Below are positions 1 to 11,710 of a DNA stretch of 50,377 nucleotides, piece by piece. The translations under genes were made by a program, and so were the position numbers. Position 1 is the first letter of the stretch. Each line of letters opens with the position of its first letter. This DNA comes from Octopus bimaculoides (Eukaryota): NCBI RefSeq assembly GCF_001194135.2, contig NC_068985.1, positions 4,164,865 through 4,215,241 of the forward strand, read 5' to 3'. The notes below the pieces were generated by a model that was given only the letters and a program-made list of their open reading frames with translations, was not told the origin of the DNA and searched no databases.

Positions 1-32
1 TTGAAAAAATTTCTTCTCTAAATATACTTCCG

Positions 33-123
<91 letters not shown>
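33..123. repeat. (TAGA)n microsatellite
   Basis: Perfect tetranucleotide run read directly. Confidence 0.98.
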
Positions 124-124
<1 letters not shown>

Positions 125-373
125 GTTAATAAGATTCAGGTGAACACCTTGTAGAATGCTTTGCAAAACTCGTCCACCGTTGTTATTCCACTAATGTGCT
201 ACAGGTGTAAAAATGTTCCAAACCAATTGTAGTGAGTTAGATCGTCGTTCATTCCATTTTCTATCACCTGCGCATACATACATTCATACATACATATGTG
301 TGCCTATGTGTTTGTGTGTGTGTGTGTGTGAGTATAGCATACATGTGCGCCTTTGTATATATGTACATATGTG

Positions 374-428
<55 letters not shown>

Positions 429-1203
429 ATATATACATACATATACATGTATGCGTTTGTTTGTGTGTGTGTGTGTGTGTGTACGCGTGTGAGACTATTT
501 TGGTGAAGCAAGGTGCGCGCCCGGCTTCGTCGCTGACATCATAATTCGTTCTTATTAGCTTCACCCGGAAAAGTATTTAAAGCGAAACGAAATAGAGCGG
601 AAATCGAACGGAAATCGAAGCAAATGGAACGGAAAAAGAAGATGGTTATCTACCATGTGTAAAAGAGAGGGAGCAGAAAATAATTATTCGAGAAATATGA
701 TGGAATCTGCTCCCAAACACATCTAAAGAAAGTAAGACCCATAAAAGAATGAACTAAGAGACTTAATGTCTCATATCTTATCCGAAGCCTTGTATAATCC
801 CAGGTGAACAGCGATCAAGCAGACTTGCAATCAAATCAGTTTGTCAGCTCTCATCCCTATACCTGAAAGGTGCTGACAACTTTAATTTGCAGAATCTATC
901 AACACACAAACAGACGAAGAATCAACTCCATCGTCTATTTATTTATCTTTTCTCTTTATTTCTCTGCTTCACCGTCGCCTTGAGACGATCGTCTTTGTGC
1001 GGCTTCGCTGAATTGCTTCGAGTTCCGTCGTTAATTTTACACTGCGTGGTTATCATAATTGGGAGGTGTGACCTAAATGGCTGAGGACAAAGTCCTGCAG
1101 AGGGCCATCATAGTTTCCTGTTCTTTCGTTCCGAAAATCCTAAGGATTCATCCGGCCGTCTTCATTTCATTGCCTACTTAGTAATATTCACCGTGAAAAG
1201 GTC

Positions 1204-1432
1204 GGCGAGCTGGTAGAAACGATAGCAAGCCGGGCGAAGTGCTTAGCAGTATTTCGTCTGCCGTTACGTTCTGAGTTCAAATTCCGCTGAGGTCGACTTT
1301 GCCTTTCATCCTTTCGGGATCGATTAAACAAGTACCAGTTACACACTGGGGTCGATGTAATCGACTCAATCCCTTTGTTTGTCCTTGTTTGTCCTCTCTA
1401 AGTTTAGCCTCTTGTGGGCAATAAAGAAATAA
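1204..1432 (+). mobile_element. tRNA-derived SINE, family A, near full length
   Basis: A-box-like TGGTAGAAACG and B-box GAGTTCAAATTCC; body GTCGACTTTGCCTTTCATCCTTTCGGG..AAGTACCAG recurs many times in the window; closest to the 15515 copy. Confidence 0.9.
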
Positions 1433-1683
1433 ATATTCACCGGGAAATATGTATCATTAATCGTGTCAACACCCAGGTCATGTACTGATCTTTTTGTTCA
1501 TGGATTGCAATCCGTCCTGGGCCAGTCTACCTTGTCCGCTTTTCATTCAGCATTACTATTTCTTTATAATGTCGTGAGTGTGCCTGCATGAAATTATATT
1601 ATCACTAACATGCATAAGTATGCTTTTGAGAGCAAAACAATGCACAAGTACAACAGAGAAAATCGTCCGCTACATCATTCACA

Positions 1684-1702
1684 CACTCAGACACACACAC
1701 AA

Positions 1703-1786
<84 letters not shown>
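1684..1786. repeat. (CA)n microsatellite
   Basis: Direct reading. Confidence 0.97.
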
Positions 1787-1787
<1 letters not shown>

Positions 1788-2253
1788 TGCAGATTACAAA
1801 TGCAGACTCCTATCTAGTGCCCGCTTACAGCTAAAGAGCATGCAATGTTTTGCTAATCTATAGAGACGTGTTGTTAATCTGACAGGCAAATATTTCAAAT
1901 AAGCCGATGCCAAAATCTCAGAAGTGCATCAGGAATCTTTCGTAATTGAATGGTTCCAGGGAATTTTATCAATGATGTCACAGCAGTTGTTGATGTTGTT
2001 GTTGTTGTTGTTGTAATAACTGTTGGCGTTGTTTTTGGTGCTTTTAATTGAAAACCGACGCTGATCAACCACGACTGTGATTAAAAACGTTGCAGCTGTA
2101 ACAATCCCAATGAGATCTCACGGACAGCGTGAATATGCATAGTGATGCATGAATATGTATAAATATATGTGTGTGTGTGTGTGTGTCTATGTAGCTATGT
2201 ATGTCTATAAACACGCACACACATTTATATACATATATAATAATAATAATAAT

Positions 2254-2715
2254 TGTTGTCTGCCACTAACGAACGTTTTAAGAAAGATGCGTGTGAGGTA
2301 CATGGTAGGCAGGGTGAAAGTAAACAACCTGTGGCTTATCAATGACCTAAAGCTCACTATGACTGAGAAAGAAATTGAGAGTTTTACGGCAACTGTGCAG
2401 ATGATTGGCAAAGATATTGGCATGGAATTTGGGATCGAGAAATGTGGTGTAATGATTCTCAAAAGGGGGGAAATCAGTAAAAGCCATGGGATCAAGCTGG
2501 AAAGTGGTGAAATTATGAAGGAAGTCGGAGAGAAAGGATATAAGTACCTGGGTATCGATGAAAGAGATAAGATGAATGAACACAAGATGAAAGAAATGTA
2601 CAGGAAAGAGTATTTGAGGAGAAGTCGGCTTACGCTCCAGTCGAAGCTAAATGGCCGCTATAAGATTAGAGCAATTAACACGTGGGCGGTTGCTTTGATT
2701 AAGATATGGGGCAAG
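2254..2715 (+). mobile_element. R4/Dong-type non-LTR retrotransposon fragment (RT core to thumb)
   Basis: Translation NNLWLINDLKL (decayed HLLxMDDLKL), KDIGMEFGIEKC, GYKYLGIDE, KEYLRRSRLTLQSKLNG..IRAINTWAV is typical of R4/Dong RT; (TAA)n on both sides. Confidence 0.85.
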
Positions 2716-2728
2716 AATAATAATAATG

Positions 2729-2778
<50 letters not shown>
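2716..2778. repeat. (AAT)n tract between the Dong fragment and a minus-strand SINE 3' stub (2779-2812)
   Basis: Followed by CCTTTCTACTATAGGCAGGAGGCCT, matching the family A 3' ends seen at 12190, 16551 and 34249. Confidence 0.8.
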
Positions 2779-3304
2779 CCTTTCTACTATAGGCAGGAGG
2801 CCTATAGTAAAATAAATGTAAAATAAACGAAAGGGATATATTTGTATAGGTAGGTTGGTTGGTAGGTATGTATATGTATGGCAGTTGGATTAGTCACATA
2901 GGCATTTGAAAATATCGGTTCGATATTCTTGTTAAATAAATACATGAACACGTTCTATGTCTTGTCCGGATGGAAGTTTGTCTCTCTCGAATTGTGATAC
3001 ATATAAAGCAGCACGTGTAAAATGCACCGTCGGCGGAAGAGAGAAAGAAATTGAGACAAGCGGGGCGTCCATACAGAACTGTGTGAAGTCAAGTAGAAAA
3101 TGAGAAAATAAATGGCAACCAAAATGTCACTTACCCCACCCTACACCGTTTCTACTCCTACGAATACTTTACAGTAAGTGCTCAAATCTTTGAAATGATT
3201 AAACATGGAAATATAATACTTTGGTTCGATATATTCGGTTTTGCATCATGTCTTCTCTAATCGCTACGTAGACATTATAGTTTTACGATTACATTACGAC
3301 ACAA

Positions 3305-3445
3305 TATTGATTTCAAATTTTGACTCAGGACCAACTATTTCGGGGCGGAGGAGGTAAGTAGATCCCATCAACCCTAGAGCATAACTGGTACTTATCTCAT
3401 CGAGACCGAAAGGATGAAAGGCAAAGCCGTCCTCAGCGGAATAAA
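3305..3445 (-). mobile_element. SINE family A, degenerate and 5'-truncated
   Basis: AACTGGTACTTAT..CGAAAGGATGAAAGGCAAAG is the reverse complement of the family core. Confidence 0.75.
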
Positions 3446-3648
3446 TTAAGATACAATATTGACCTTTAATCTACTCGGTAGTATAGTATGGTTGCAAGAA
3501 GAACCACGGTATCCTTACTAGCAATAAATATTTCGTTTTACGATTGTGTCTGTACGTCTTCAAATGAGAAACATACATGCATTATTGTACGCGTATGACC
3601 TGCAGAAACATGAATTTGTATTCGGAGAAAATATTCGAATTTACACAT

Positions 3649-3812
3649 GCGCAGGGTTGGCCATGTGGTACAAGGCTTGCTTCCTAACCACATGATTCCG
3701 AGTTCAGTCCACTGCGTGGCACCCTGGGCAAGTGTCTTCTACCATAGCCTCGTGCCAACCAAAGCCTTATGAGTGGATTTGCTAGACGAAAACAGAAAGA
3801 AACCCATCGTGT
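3649..3812 (+). mobile_element. tRNA-derived SINE family B head, followed by a (TA)/(CA) mosaic to about 4218
   Basis: TGGCCATGTGG A-box-like, GAGTTCAGTCCC B-box-like, GGGCAAGTGTCTTCTAC; homologues at 15035, 27545 and 38611. Confidence 0.85.
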
Positions 3813-3945
3813 ATATATATGTATATAAGTATATATATATATGTATATATATATATATGAATATAAATATATATAAACACACACATATATATATATATGT
3901 ACGTACAGGCATATATATAAATACACACACAAACACATATGTATG

Positions 3946-4011
<66 letters not shown>

Positions 4012-4165
4012 CGCACACATATATGCTCACATTTATTTGTATGATTTATACGTGTACGGATATGTATAAATATACATACGAATGTATATATACATTTATG
4101 CATATTATATCCACACACACACATACACACACAAATACACATACACACACACACACACACATATG

Positions 4166-4219
<54 letters not shown>

Positions 4220-4542
4220 GTAATAACAAGAACTTTTGGATGTAAATTCATAAATTCATAAATCCTTTAATGCATTTCTGCGAACACTTCCACAAACTTC
4301 ATGTTTTAGTTGTATTCCTTTTCCATGAGATATTAGAAATGTAACTTGCAAAATCCATGTATTTTAAGGCGAATATTACGTTCCTTTCGGCAAAGATCAT
4401 TTCTGCTGGATTCCCGATAAAGCAGGAAGGAATACAGCTATGAAGAATGCAGCCGATTCTGTCCATTAATTTGTATTCATTCGTTACTCGGGAGTTGTGT
4501 ATGCACTTATTTAGTTTTGTATTTTTGGCTGAGGATCCCATG

Positions 4543-5038
4543 TTAGATACAGGAGTCCAGGTTAGACACAAGAGTCCAGGTTAGACACAGGAGTCCAGGT
4601 TAGACACAGGAGTCCAGGTTAGACACAGGAGTCCAGGTTAGACACANNNNNNNNNNNNNNNNNNNNNNNNNNNNNNNNNNNNNNNNNNNNNNNNNNNNNN
4701 NNNNNNNNNNNNNNNNNNNNNNNNNNNNNNNNNNNNNNNNNNNNNNNNNNNNNNNNNNNNNNNNNNNNNNNNNNNNNNNNNNNNNNNNNNNNNNNNNNNN
4801 NNNNNNNNNNNNNNNNNNNNNNNNNNNNNNNNNNNNNNNNNNNNNNNNNNNNNNNNGAGTCCAGGTTAGACACAAGAGTCCAGGTTAGACACAGGAGTCC
4901 AGGTTAGACACAGGAGTCCAGGTTATACACAAGAGTCCAGGTTAGACACAGGAGTCCAGGTTAGACACAGGAGTCCAGGTTAGACACAAGAGTCCAGGTT
5001 AGACACAAGAGTCCAGGTTAGACACAGGAGTCCAGGTT
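4543..5038. repeat. 19-bp minisatellite TTAGACACA(G/A)GAGTCCAGG spanning an N gap
   Basis: Period 19 verified at 4562, 4581, 4600 and 4619; 9 more full units after the gap. Confidence 0.97.
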
Positions 5039-5977
5039 TGTGAGGCTTAAGTAATTGTTATTAATTGGAAACGTATTACCAGTGAAAGAAGGAGTGTTTT
5101 CATCGCATACAATTTGTTATTCACCTAAGCAGAAACAAGGACATTAGCTTAGGTCGTTCTACTTATCAAAATGCTTAGATATCCATTGGAAAAGCTTTTC
5201 CCACGTTGATCCGTGTGTTTATCGTTCACTTCAGCAATTGGGAATTAGAATGAAGTGGAATTCCTTCTGAAGAGGAGTTTCGACAGGGGAGTGATATTTC
5301 TTAGGAATAATCTAGAAAATTACAGCAAATCTTTGTTATACACGAAAGATATGTGACATTGATTTGAGAGATATGAAAGTAGCAAAGGAAATAGCAGTGA
5401 ATAGACGTTAAAGGTTTATGAAGATGTCTCTTATTGCAGCAAATTTCGCAGAAAGGAAGAATCTGGATTTGGAACGTGGATAGGCCTCAAGTGAATATTA
5501 TTTCTGTTGTAATTTGAACACCACAAATTGTTGTAGTAAGGGAAACAGCTCTGTTAGACAGTGATGGGTTGAGGTAACAATACATTAGAAATATTACACG
5601 GGTCAAACACTACACTGATTATGAAACTAGTCACAGATTTGGTCCACAACTGAAGCAGGGAAAACAATGTGTTGGTGCACGAAGTCATAATCGACCTTCA
5701 GTTATACATCAGTGGAATAAATTCTTGATTAAATCATACGCATTTAGTACTTTAATACGCAGCATAAAAACTGCTTCGAAATATAGAAAATGACATTTGC
5801 AGGTATTCGCAGAGTGTTTCCACTTAAATGCACTGCTCTAATGTCAGAGACTTAAAAACAATGGCACTGCTATATCGTTCCCAGAAGCTCTATTACTTCC
5901 ATTCCACATATTACAACATTTAGTAGCTTGCATTATGTTCAAATGTCGTTTTCCTTTCAATTTGCCTCCTTTTTCTA

Positions 5978-6010
<33 letters not shown>

Positions 6011-6793
6011 ATCGCTGAAGACATTGATGCCGTTGTCTTTTGTGTTTTGTTTTTAGCTCTTAGGGAAGAATCTTCTAAATATTGAAAAGTCTTTATCAAT
6101 TTACTTGTAAGACTGTTTTGCCATTTTTCGAAGATATACAACATTGAAAATAATCTTTTTGGTGTGTTTTATATTTTGCATTCTTGTTTATTGAATAATA
6201 AATAGTATTTTGTTTTCGTATGAATAAGAGGTGAAGCATATAAAAATTACATCGGCAGCTTACACTTCAAATATAGATACCTTTTTAATCTTTGCATAAA
6301 TCAACGCATAAATTCAGACGGATGTATTTTAATGTAAGAATATGAAAAGAGTAGGCTAGAAGAAAAAAAAGCTTCCATGGTTTCGTTTTTCAATTATTAC
6401 AGTAACATATTGAATATTTTATGAAAACGAGGAATTTTTCTGTGTTTTCGTTTTTCACATAAAGTATTTGATTACTAAAGGAATATTTTAAATGGTCGAC
6501 AAAATATGCCTTTCAGAAATTTCATGGATCACGTGTTGTAATGACTAGTTTTGTGAGAAATGGTAAAACATCTAAATGGGATCTAACAAGACATTAAATA
6601 GAGTTGAACATAAGGTTGCTATTACAAGAATAAACTCGAAAGACAACAACAAATAATATAGAGAAATGTAATTGCTGAAGTTATTGAATGAAACCCAATA
6701 AAGCTTCAAAATTTGCTACGATATTTGAGTCTTTCTGCTTGTTTAACACTGACGATGGGTATCGGAATTAGCTACAAAAATATCCCTATTTAC

Positions 6794-7352
6794 TAGTCAT
6801 TCTCAATCGGTTTTTGCCTATAGACCTCATAGCTATTCGATTATTTCTTTTTAAATCCTACAATATTTCCATAAACACACAAAAACCGTTAGATTCATTT
6901 CAACATTTAAATTTAATTTGCTAAAATAGTTTCGTCGCTTTGAGACCGCGACCTGTTCACTGACAAAATTCCGTGCTGCAATACAATTAAATTGCAGCAC
7001 AGAATTTTGTCAGTGAACAGGTCGCGGTCCCAAAGCGACGAAACTATTTTAGCAAATTAAATTTAAATGTTGAAATGAATCTAACGGTTTTTGTGTGTTT
7101 TTAAATGGCTTATAAACACCTTCCACGCTGCAATTGTTTTCGTTCCAGCACACGATCCCGTATCAGGTCCCTTGCTATGCAAGTACATCTCAGTAATATT
7201 TCCATAATTAAACATAAATTGAAATTATATTTTTAAAAATTGTTAAAATATGTTGTGTATTGTAGAGGCTCTGCCAATTTATTACACTAACTTTCACAAC
7301 AAAATCTTAAATACGACCCCGAGGATCATATAGATCATGGTTCATATCACTG
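6794..7352. mobile_element. Degenerate hAT (Charlie-like) non-autonomous element
   Basis: Ends TAGTCATTCTCAATC and GGTTCATATCACTG resemble the CAGTGNTTCTCAACC-type TIR; 8-bp flanks CTATTTAC and CTATATAT match 6/8, as expected for a decayed hAT TSD. Confidence 0.55.
6873..7100. repeat. Near-perfect palindrome: 110-bp arms, 8-nt loop, 2 mismatches
   Basis: 6873-6982 is the reverse complement of 6991-7100 except pairs 6943/7030 and 6972/7001. Confidence 0.97.
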
Positions 7353-7780
7353 CTATATATTGTTATGTCTACTTATTCATTCGACTGTAATGTCTCATAA
7401 AATCCTAGTTAGACATCATTGCTGTTTCTCACAAAGCTACACTTTTCAACACATTACCCAGGAAATTTTTAAATGCTTATTTTTCTCGAGCTTTTAAATA
7501 AATTCCTTTAGAATTCAAATACTTTTATATGAAAAAAAGAAAATGATATAAAACTTCGATTTCATAAAATATTCAATATGTTATCGCAATAATTGAAAAA
7601 GTAAAGAATTACAAAAACTATTTTTCAGAAATATTCTTTTCATTTTCTACCATTAAAATACATCCATTTGATTTACGCGTTGATTTATCTAAAAATTAAA
7701 AGCGAGAATAAATTTGAAGTGTAACCGAAATGATTCAATAAAGCTGTAATTTGACGGCTGCTAATTTTGTAAAGCGAATG

Positions 7781-8056
7781 AGCGTGGCTTAGCGGTTTAG
7801 AGCATTCGGCTCAGCATCGTAGAGTTGCGAGGTCGATTCACGCCAGTGCATTGTGTCTGTGACCAACACACTTTATTTTACGTTGCTCAAGTCCTCTCAG
7901 TTAGCAAAATTGAGTTGACCCTATGCTTCAAAGGAGCAGCCTCGTCTCATTTGGTGTCATGTTGAATCTCCCTGGGAACTATATGAAATATACGCATGTC
8001 CGTGGAGGACTCGATCACTTGCACGTTAATTTTCGGAGCTAGATGTTCCGTTGATA
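7781..8056 (+). mobile_element. tRNA-derived SINE family C, degenerate
   Basis: GCGTGGCTTAGCGG A-box-like, GGTCGATTC B-box-like, then a TTGTGTC..ACACTTTA segment common in invertebrate SINEs. Confidence 0.6.
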
Positions 8057-8507
8057 GCTAAAAATGTGCGCAGTTCCAAGTAATAGCGATTTTTACAATG
8101 CACTTAGATTGTAAGGTATTTCGAAAGTTTCCAGATGTTTTTTTCCTGTTGAGTGGTATTGAACCCAATGCTCCGATGACAATAGTGACAACCTCTATGT
8201 TTAACTCTCGTAGCTGCCACATCTTAGCGATGTTTTAACACCTTGACTTTCTGAAAGACAAACTGCTAAGGGATTTTTACCTTCCCCTTTTCGTCCATTA
8301 CCTTTTCCAGTGTATGTTGGTACCAAGCACCCGTTACCTCGTACCCATACTTCCGGCATAATAGCCAGTGAAGGTTTGGGGCTACCTTGTCATGTCTGCG
8401 CTTGTACTCTTTCTGCGCAAGACTTTCACCAGCACTAACAATGTCAGCCACGCTTTTAACCCTCTTCCCACACATTCTGCAGAGGTTCGTTGCACTTGTA
8501 TGGTATA
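8057..8507 (-). mobile_element. R4/Dong-type LINE 3' fragment, subfamily 2 (CCHC knuckle, deleted endonuclease core, C-terminus)
   Basis: CRMCGKRVKSVADIVSAGESLAQKEYKRRHDKVA..LHWLLCRKYG, then IAKMWQL..IVIGALGSIP and, after a frameshift, LETFEIPYNL..LLLGTAHIF. Confidence 0.85.
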
Positions 8508-9076
8508 NNNNNNNNNNNNNNNNNNNNNNNNNNNNNNNNNNNNNNNNNNNNNNNNNNNNNNNNNNNNNNNNNNNNNNNNNNNNNNNNNNNNNNNNNNNNN
8601 NNNNNNNNNNNNNNNNNNNNNNNNNNNNNNNNNNNNNNNNNNNNNNNNNNNNNNNNNNNNNNNNNNNNNNNNNNNNNNNNNNNNNNNNNNNNNNNNNNNN
8701 NNNNNNNNNNNNNNNNNNNNNNNNNNNNNNNNNNNNNNNNNNNNNNNNNNNNNNNNNNNNNNNNNNNNNNNNNNNNNNNNNNNNNNNNNNNNNNNNNNNN
8801 NNNNNNNNNNNNNNNNNNNNNNNNNNNNNNNNNNNNNNNNNNNNNNNNNNNNNNNNNNNNNNNNNNNNNNNNNNNNNNNNNNNNNNNNNNNNNNNNNNNN
8901 NNNNNNNNNNNNNNNNNNNNNNNNNNNNNNNNNNNNNNNNNNNNNNNNNNNNNNNNNNNNNNNNNNNNNNNNNNNNNNNNNNNNNNNNNNNNNNNNNNNN
9001 NNNNNNNNNNNNNNNNNNNNNNNNNNNNNNNNNNNNNNNNNNNNNNNNNNNNNNNNNNNNNNNNNNNNNNNNNNNN

Positions 9077-9449
9077 ATTATACCTAAGGCACCTACTATG
9101 ATAGGAATTGTTTCTGTTTTTAGATTCCACATTCGAGTTACCTCTATTTCCAGGTCTTTGTATTTTGAAAGTTTCTCCATTTCTTTTAGAGAAACGTTGT
9201 CATCTGCTGGTATTGATACATCAATTAGAAAGCATTTTTTTTCTTCATGATCTTTGATAACTATATCTGGTCTATTTACCTTAATTTCTCTATCTGTGTG
9301 TATTAGCATATCCCAGAGTATGGTTGCTTTCTCGTTTTCTGTGACCTTTTCTGGCGTGTGTTTATACCATCTTTTTTCTGTTGTTATTCCATAGTGTTGG
9401 CATAGCTTCCACTGTATATAGGTCCCAGCTCTGTCGTGCCTGTGTATTG

Positions 9450-9458
<9 letters not shown>
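9077..9458 (-). mobile_element. R4/Dong-type LINE fragment, subfamily 1 (restriction-like endonuclease)
   Basis: RHDRAGTYIQWKLCQHYG..WYKHTPEKVTENEKATILWDMLIHTDREIKVNRPDIVIKD..LIDVSIP..KEMEKLSKYKDL..GALG, containing the PD..D..K motif; the 5' junction is a (TAA)n tract at 9459-9482. Confidence 0.9.
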
Positions 9459-9482
<24 letters not shown>

Positions 9483-9765
9483 GATTATGGGTGTGTGTAG
9501 TCGATTTTTTATCAATTTAATTCCGTTCTCCTACTGTTTTGTTTTTTAACAGTTCATGGATTCAGTCTATCGGCTGCGGTCATACTGGAGCACAGCATTC
9601 AAGTGTTTAGATGATCATATTGACCTCAATACTTATTTCAGCATATTTAGTCGATATCTCATTGTCGAAACACTACAGAGAGCCTTAAGCAATCCAACGT
9701 ACGCTGGGAAATGGCCACACTCACACACACGCGTACACACACAGACGGCCACACACTCACGCACA

Positions 9766-9851
9766 CATAGGCATGGCTGTGGTAAATAGTTGGTTTCCCA
9801 ATCACGCGGATACGCCTTGAGTCATGCAGCATGGCATTTTGGGCAAGTGTG

Positions 9852-9890
<39 letters not shown>

Positions 9891-10061
9891 TGCGTATGTG
9901 TTTTTGTACAGGTGTTCGTATCCAACAGCGCTTGACAACCGGTGTTGGCGATTTTACATCCCTGTAGAAAGTGATCGATAGAATAAGTACTAGACTTTAT
10001 CTAAGGCGATGCTCCATTATGGCAACACTCCAATGACTGAAACCAGTAAAAGATAAAAAGA
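9766..10061 (+). mobile_element. SINE family B, degenerate full length with internal (GT)n
   Basis: Head GGCATGGCTGTGG..GGGCAAGTG, then GCTTGACAACCGG..GATAGAATAAGTAC..AATGACTGAAAC tail. Confidence 0.7.
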
Positions 10062-10131
10062 TGTATACATACATACACGTGTATGTGCGTTTGCCTATCT
10101 ATTTACCTATGGCTGATAGTTAGCAAGGTGA

Positions 10132-10328
10132 GACACACATAAGAAAGAAGGAAACAAAGGACCACTGATGAGGTCACAGAAGTGTGACGAAAGAACTCTG
10201 GCCGAAATAAGATTAAGATTAAGATTAATGTAATATAAAGCTGAAAAAAAAAAAAATTAACACCAAATATACAGTGCGTGTGTTTTTATTGGCTAAACTG
10301 GCAATATGACCATCCCCAAGTACAACAA
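10132..10328 (+). mobile_element. Penelope pLTR-like repeat, hammerhead family 3, copy 1
   Basis: High identity to the reverse complement of 48923-49111; contains a hammerhead core. Confidence 0.75.
10159..10203 (+). ncRNA. Minimal type I hammerhead ribozyme motif with canonical CUGAUGA core
   Basis: Stem I CCA/UGG, CUGAUGA, extra G, stem II GUCACA-GAAG-UGUGAC, GAA, stem III AG-aa-CU, C17 at 10198. Confidence 0.75.
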
Positions 10329-10693
10329 NNNNNNNNNNNNNNNNNNNNNNNNNNNNNNNNNNNNNNNNNNNNNNNNNNNNNNNNNNNNNNNNNNNNNNNN
10401 NNNNNNNNNNNNNNNNNNNNNNNNNNNNNNNNNNNNNNNNNNNNNNNNNNNNNNNNNNNNNNNNNNNNNNNNNNNNNNNNNNNNNNNNNNNNNNNNNNNN
10501 NNNNNNNNNNNNNNNNNNNNNNNNNNNNNNNNNNNNNNNNNNNNNNNNNNNNNNNNNNNNNNNNNNNNNNNNNNNNNNNNNNNNNNNNNNNNNNNNNNNN
10601 NNNNNNNNNNNNNNNTATATGTATATATATATGTATATATATATATGTATGGATATATATATATATATATGTATGTATGGATATATATATGCG

Positions 10694-10742
<49 letters not shown>

Positions 10743-11425
10743 ACGTATGTATGCATGAATGCATGTGTGTAAGTACACACACACACACACTCATGCACAC
10801 ACACACAATAAACCTCTGTTCGTTTCCATTTTACCAAATTTCACTGGTAATCTATTGGCAGACATGATGTAGTAGTAGAGGCACATGGGACCGAATAAAA
10901 AGCATTTGAATGCGTTTGTATATTCGATTTCGCTTTTGGTTAAGTTTGTCTTATTTCTTTATTCGTACCAGACGCGATGGTAAAATAGTTACTTCTATCT
11001 GTCACAAGCTATCACGAAAGAAACCACTCTAAATTTATAACAACTACACAGTTACAACAATCACTAAATACCAATAATGCGTGTACAGAGACCGCTATAA
11101 GTATAAGTGTGTGTGTGGTTCTTTGTATTTCAGTGTGTGTGTGTACATATGTAAAAATGGACTTATCTATGTATATAGTTCTCTTCTGGTTTTAATTGTT
11201 TTAATCTTTTTCTCTGGTTTTTATCAAAAATACAAAACTACGTTGTTGGAATGTAGATAACGAAAATATATGTCATTTTAAATTTGAGAAAAGTCTTGCA
11301 TATTTTTACTGTTCCGCTTACTCATTATATTTGTAATGTGCGAATCAGTTGGTTGATTTCTTTTTTCTGAAAATCTTATTTTATCTAGATTATTACTATT
11401 TGTATATATGTATGCATGTATTCAT

Positions 11426-11523
11426 GTCGATAAATTAAGTACCAGTTGCGTACTGCGGTCGATCTAATCGACTAGCTCCCTTCCCAAAAATTTCGGGCCT
11501 TGCGCCTAGAGTAGAAAAGATTA
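11426..11523 (+). mobile_element. SINE family A 3' half ending in an (ATT)n/(ATC)n tail (to 11608)
   Basis: GTCGATAAATTAAGTACCAG..GGGCCTTGCGCCTAGAGTAGAAAAGATT followed by the repeat. Confidence 0.85.
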
Positions 11524-11524
11524 A

Positions 11525-11590
<66 letters not shown>

Positions 11591-11611
11591 CATCATCATC
11601 ATCATCATTAA

Positions 11612-11710
11612 GGCGGCGATCTGGCAGAATCGTTAGCACGCCGGACGAAATACTTAGGAGTATTTCCGCCCGTCGCTACGTTCTGAGTTCGATTTTGCCT
11701 GCCGCCCTTT
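11612..11710 (+). mobile_element. SINE family A 5' half running into a gap
   Basis: GGCGGCGATCTGGCAGAATCGTTAGCACGCCGG..GAGTTCGATT. Confidence 0.85.

Noticed and set aside
4543-5038. CRISPR-like array
   Set aside because: Units are contiguous with no unique spacers, the context is eukaryotic and there are no cas genes.
8266-9309. 347-aa ORF as a single LINE protein
   Set aside because: It joins two different elements through 569 Ns, and the domain order is reversed.
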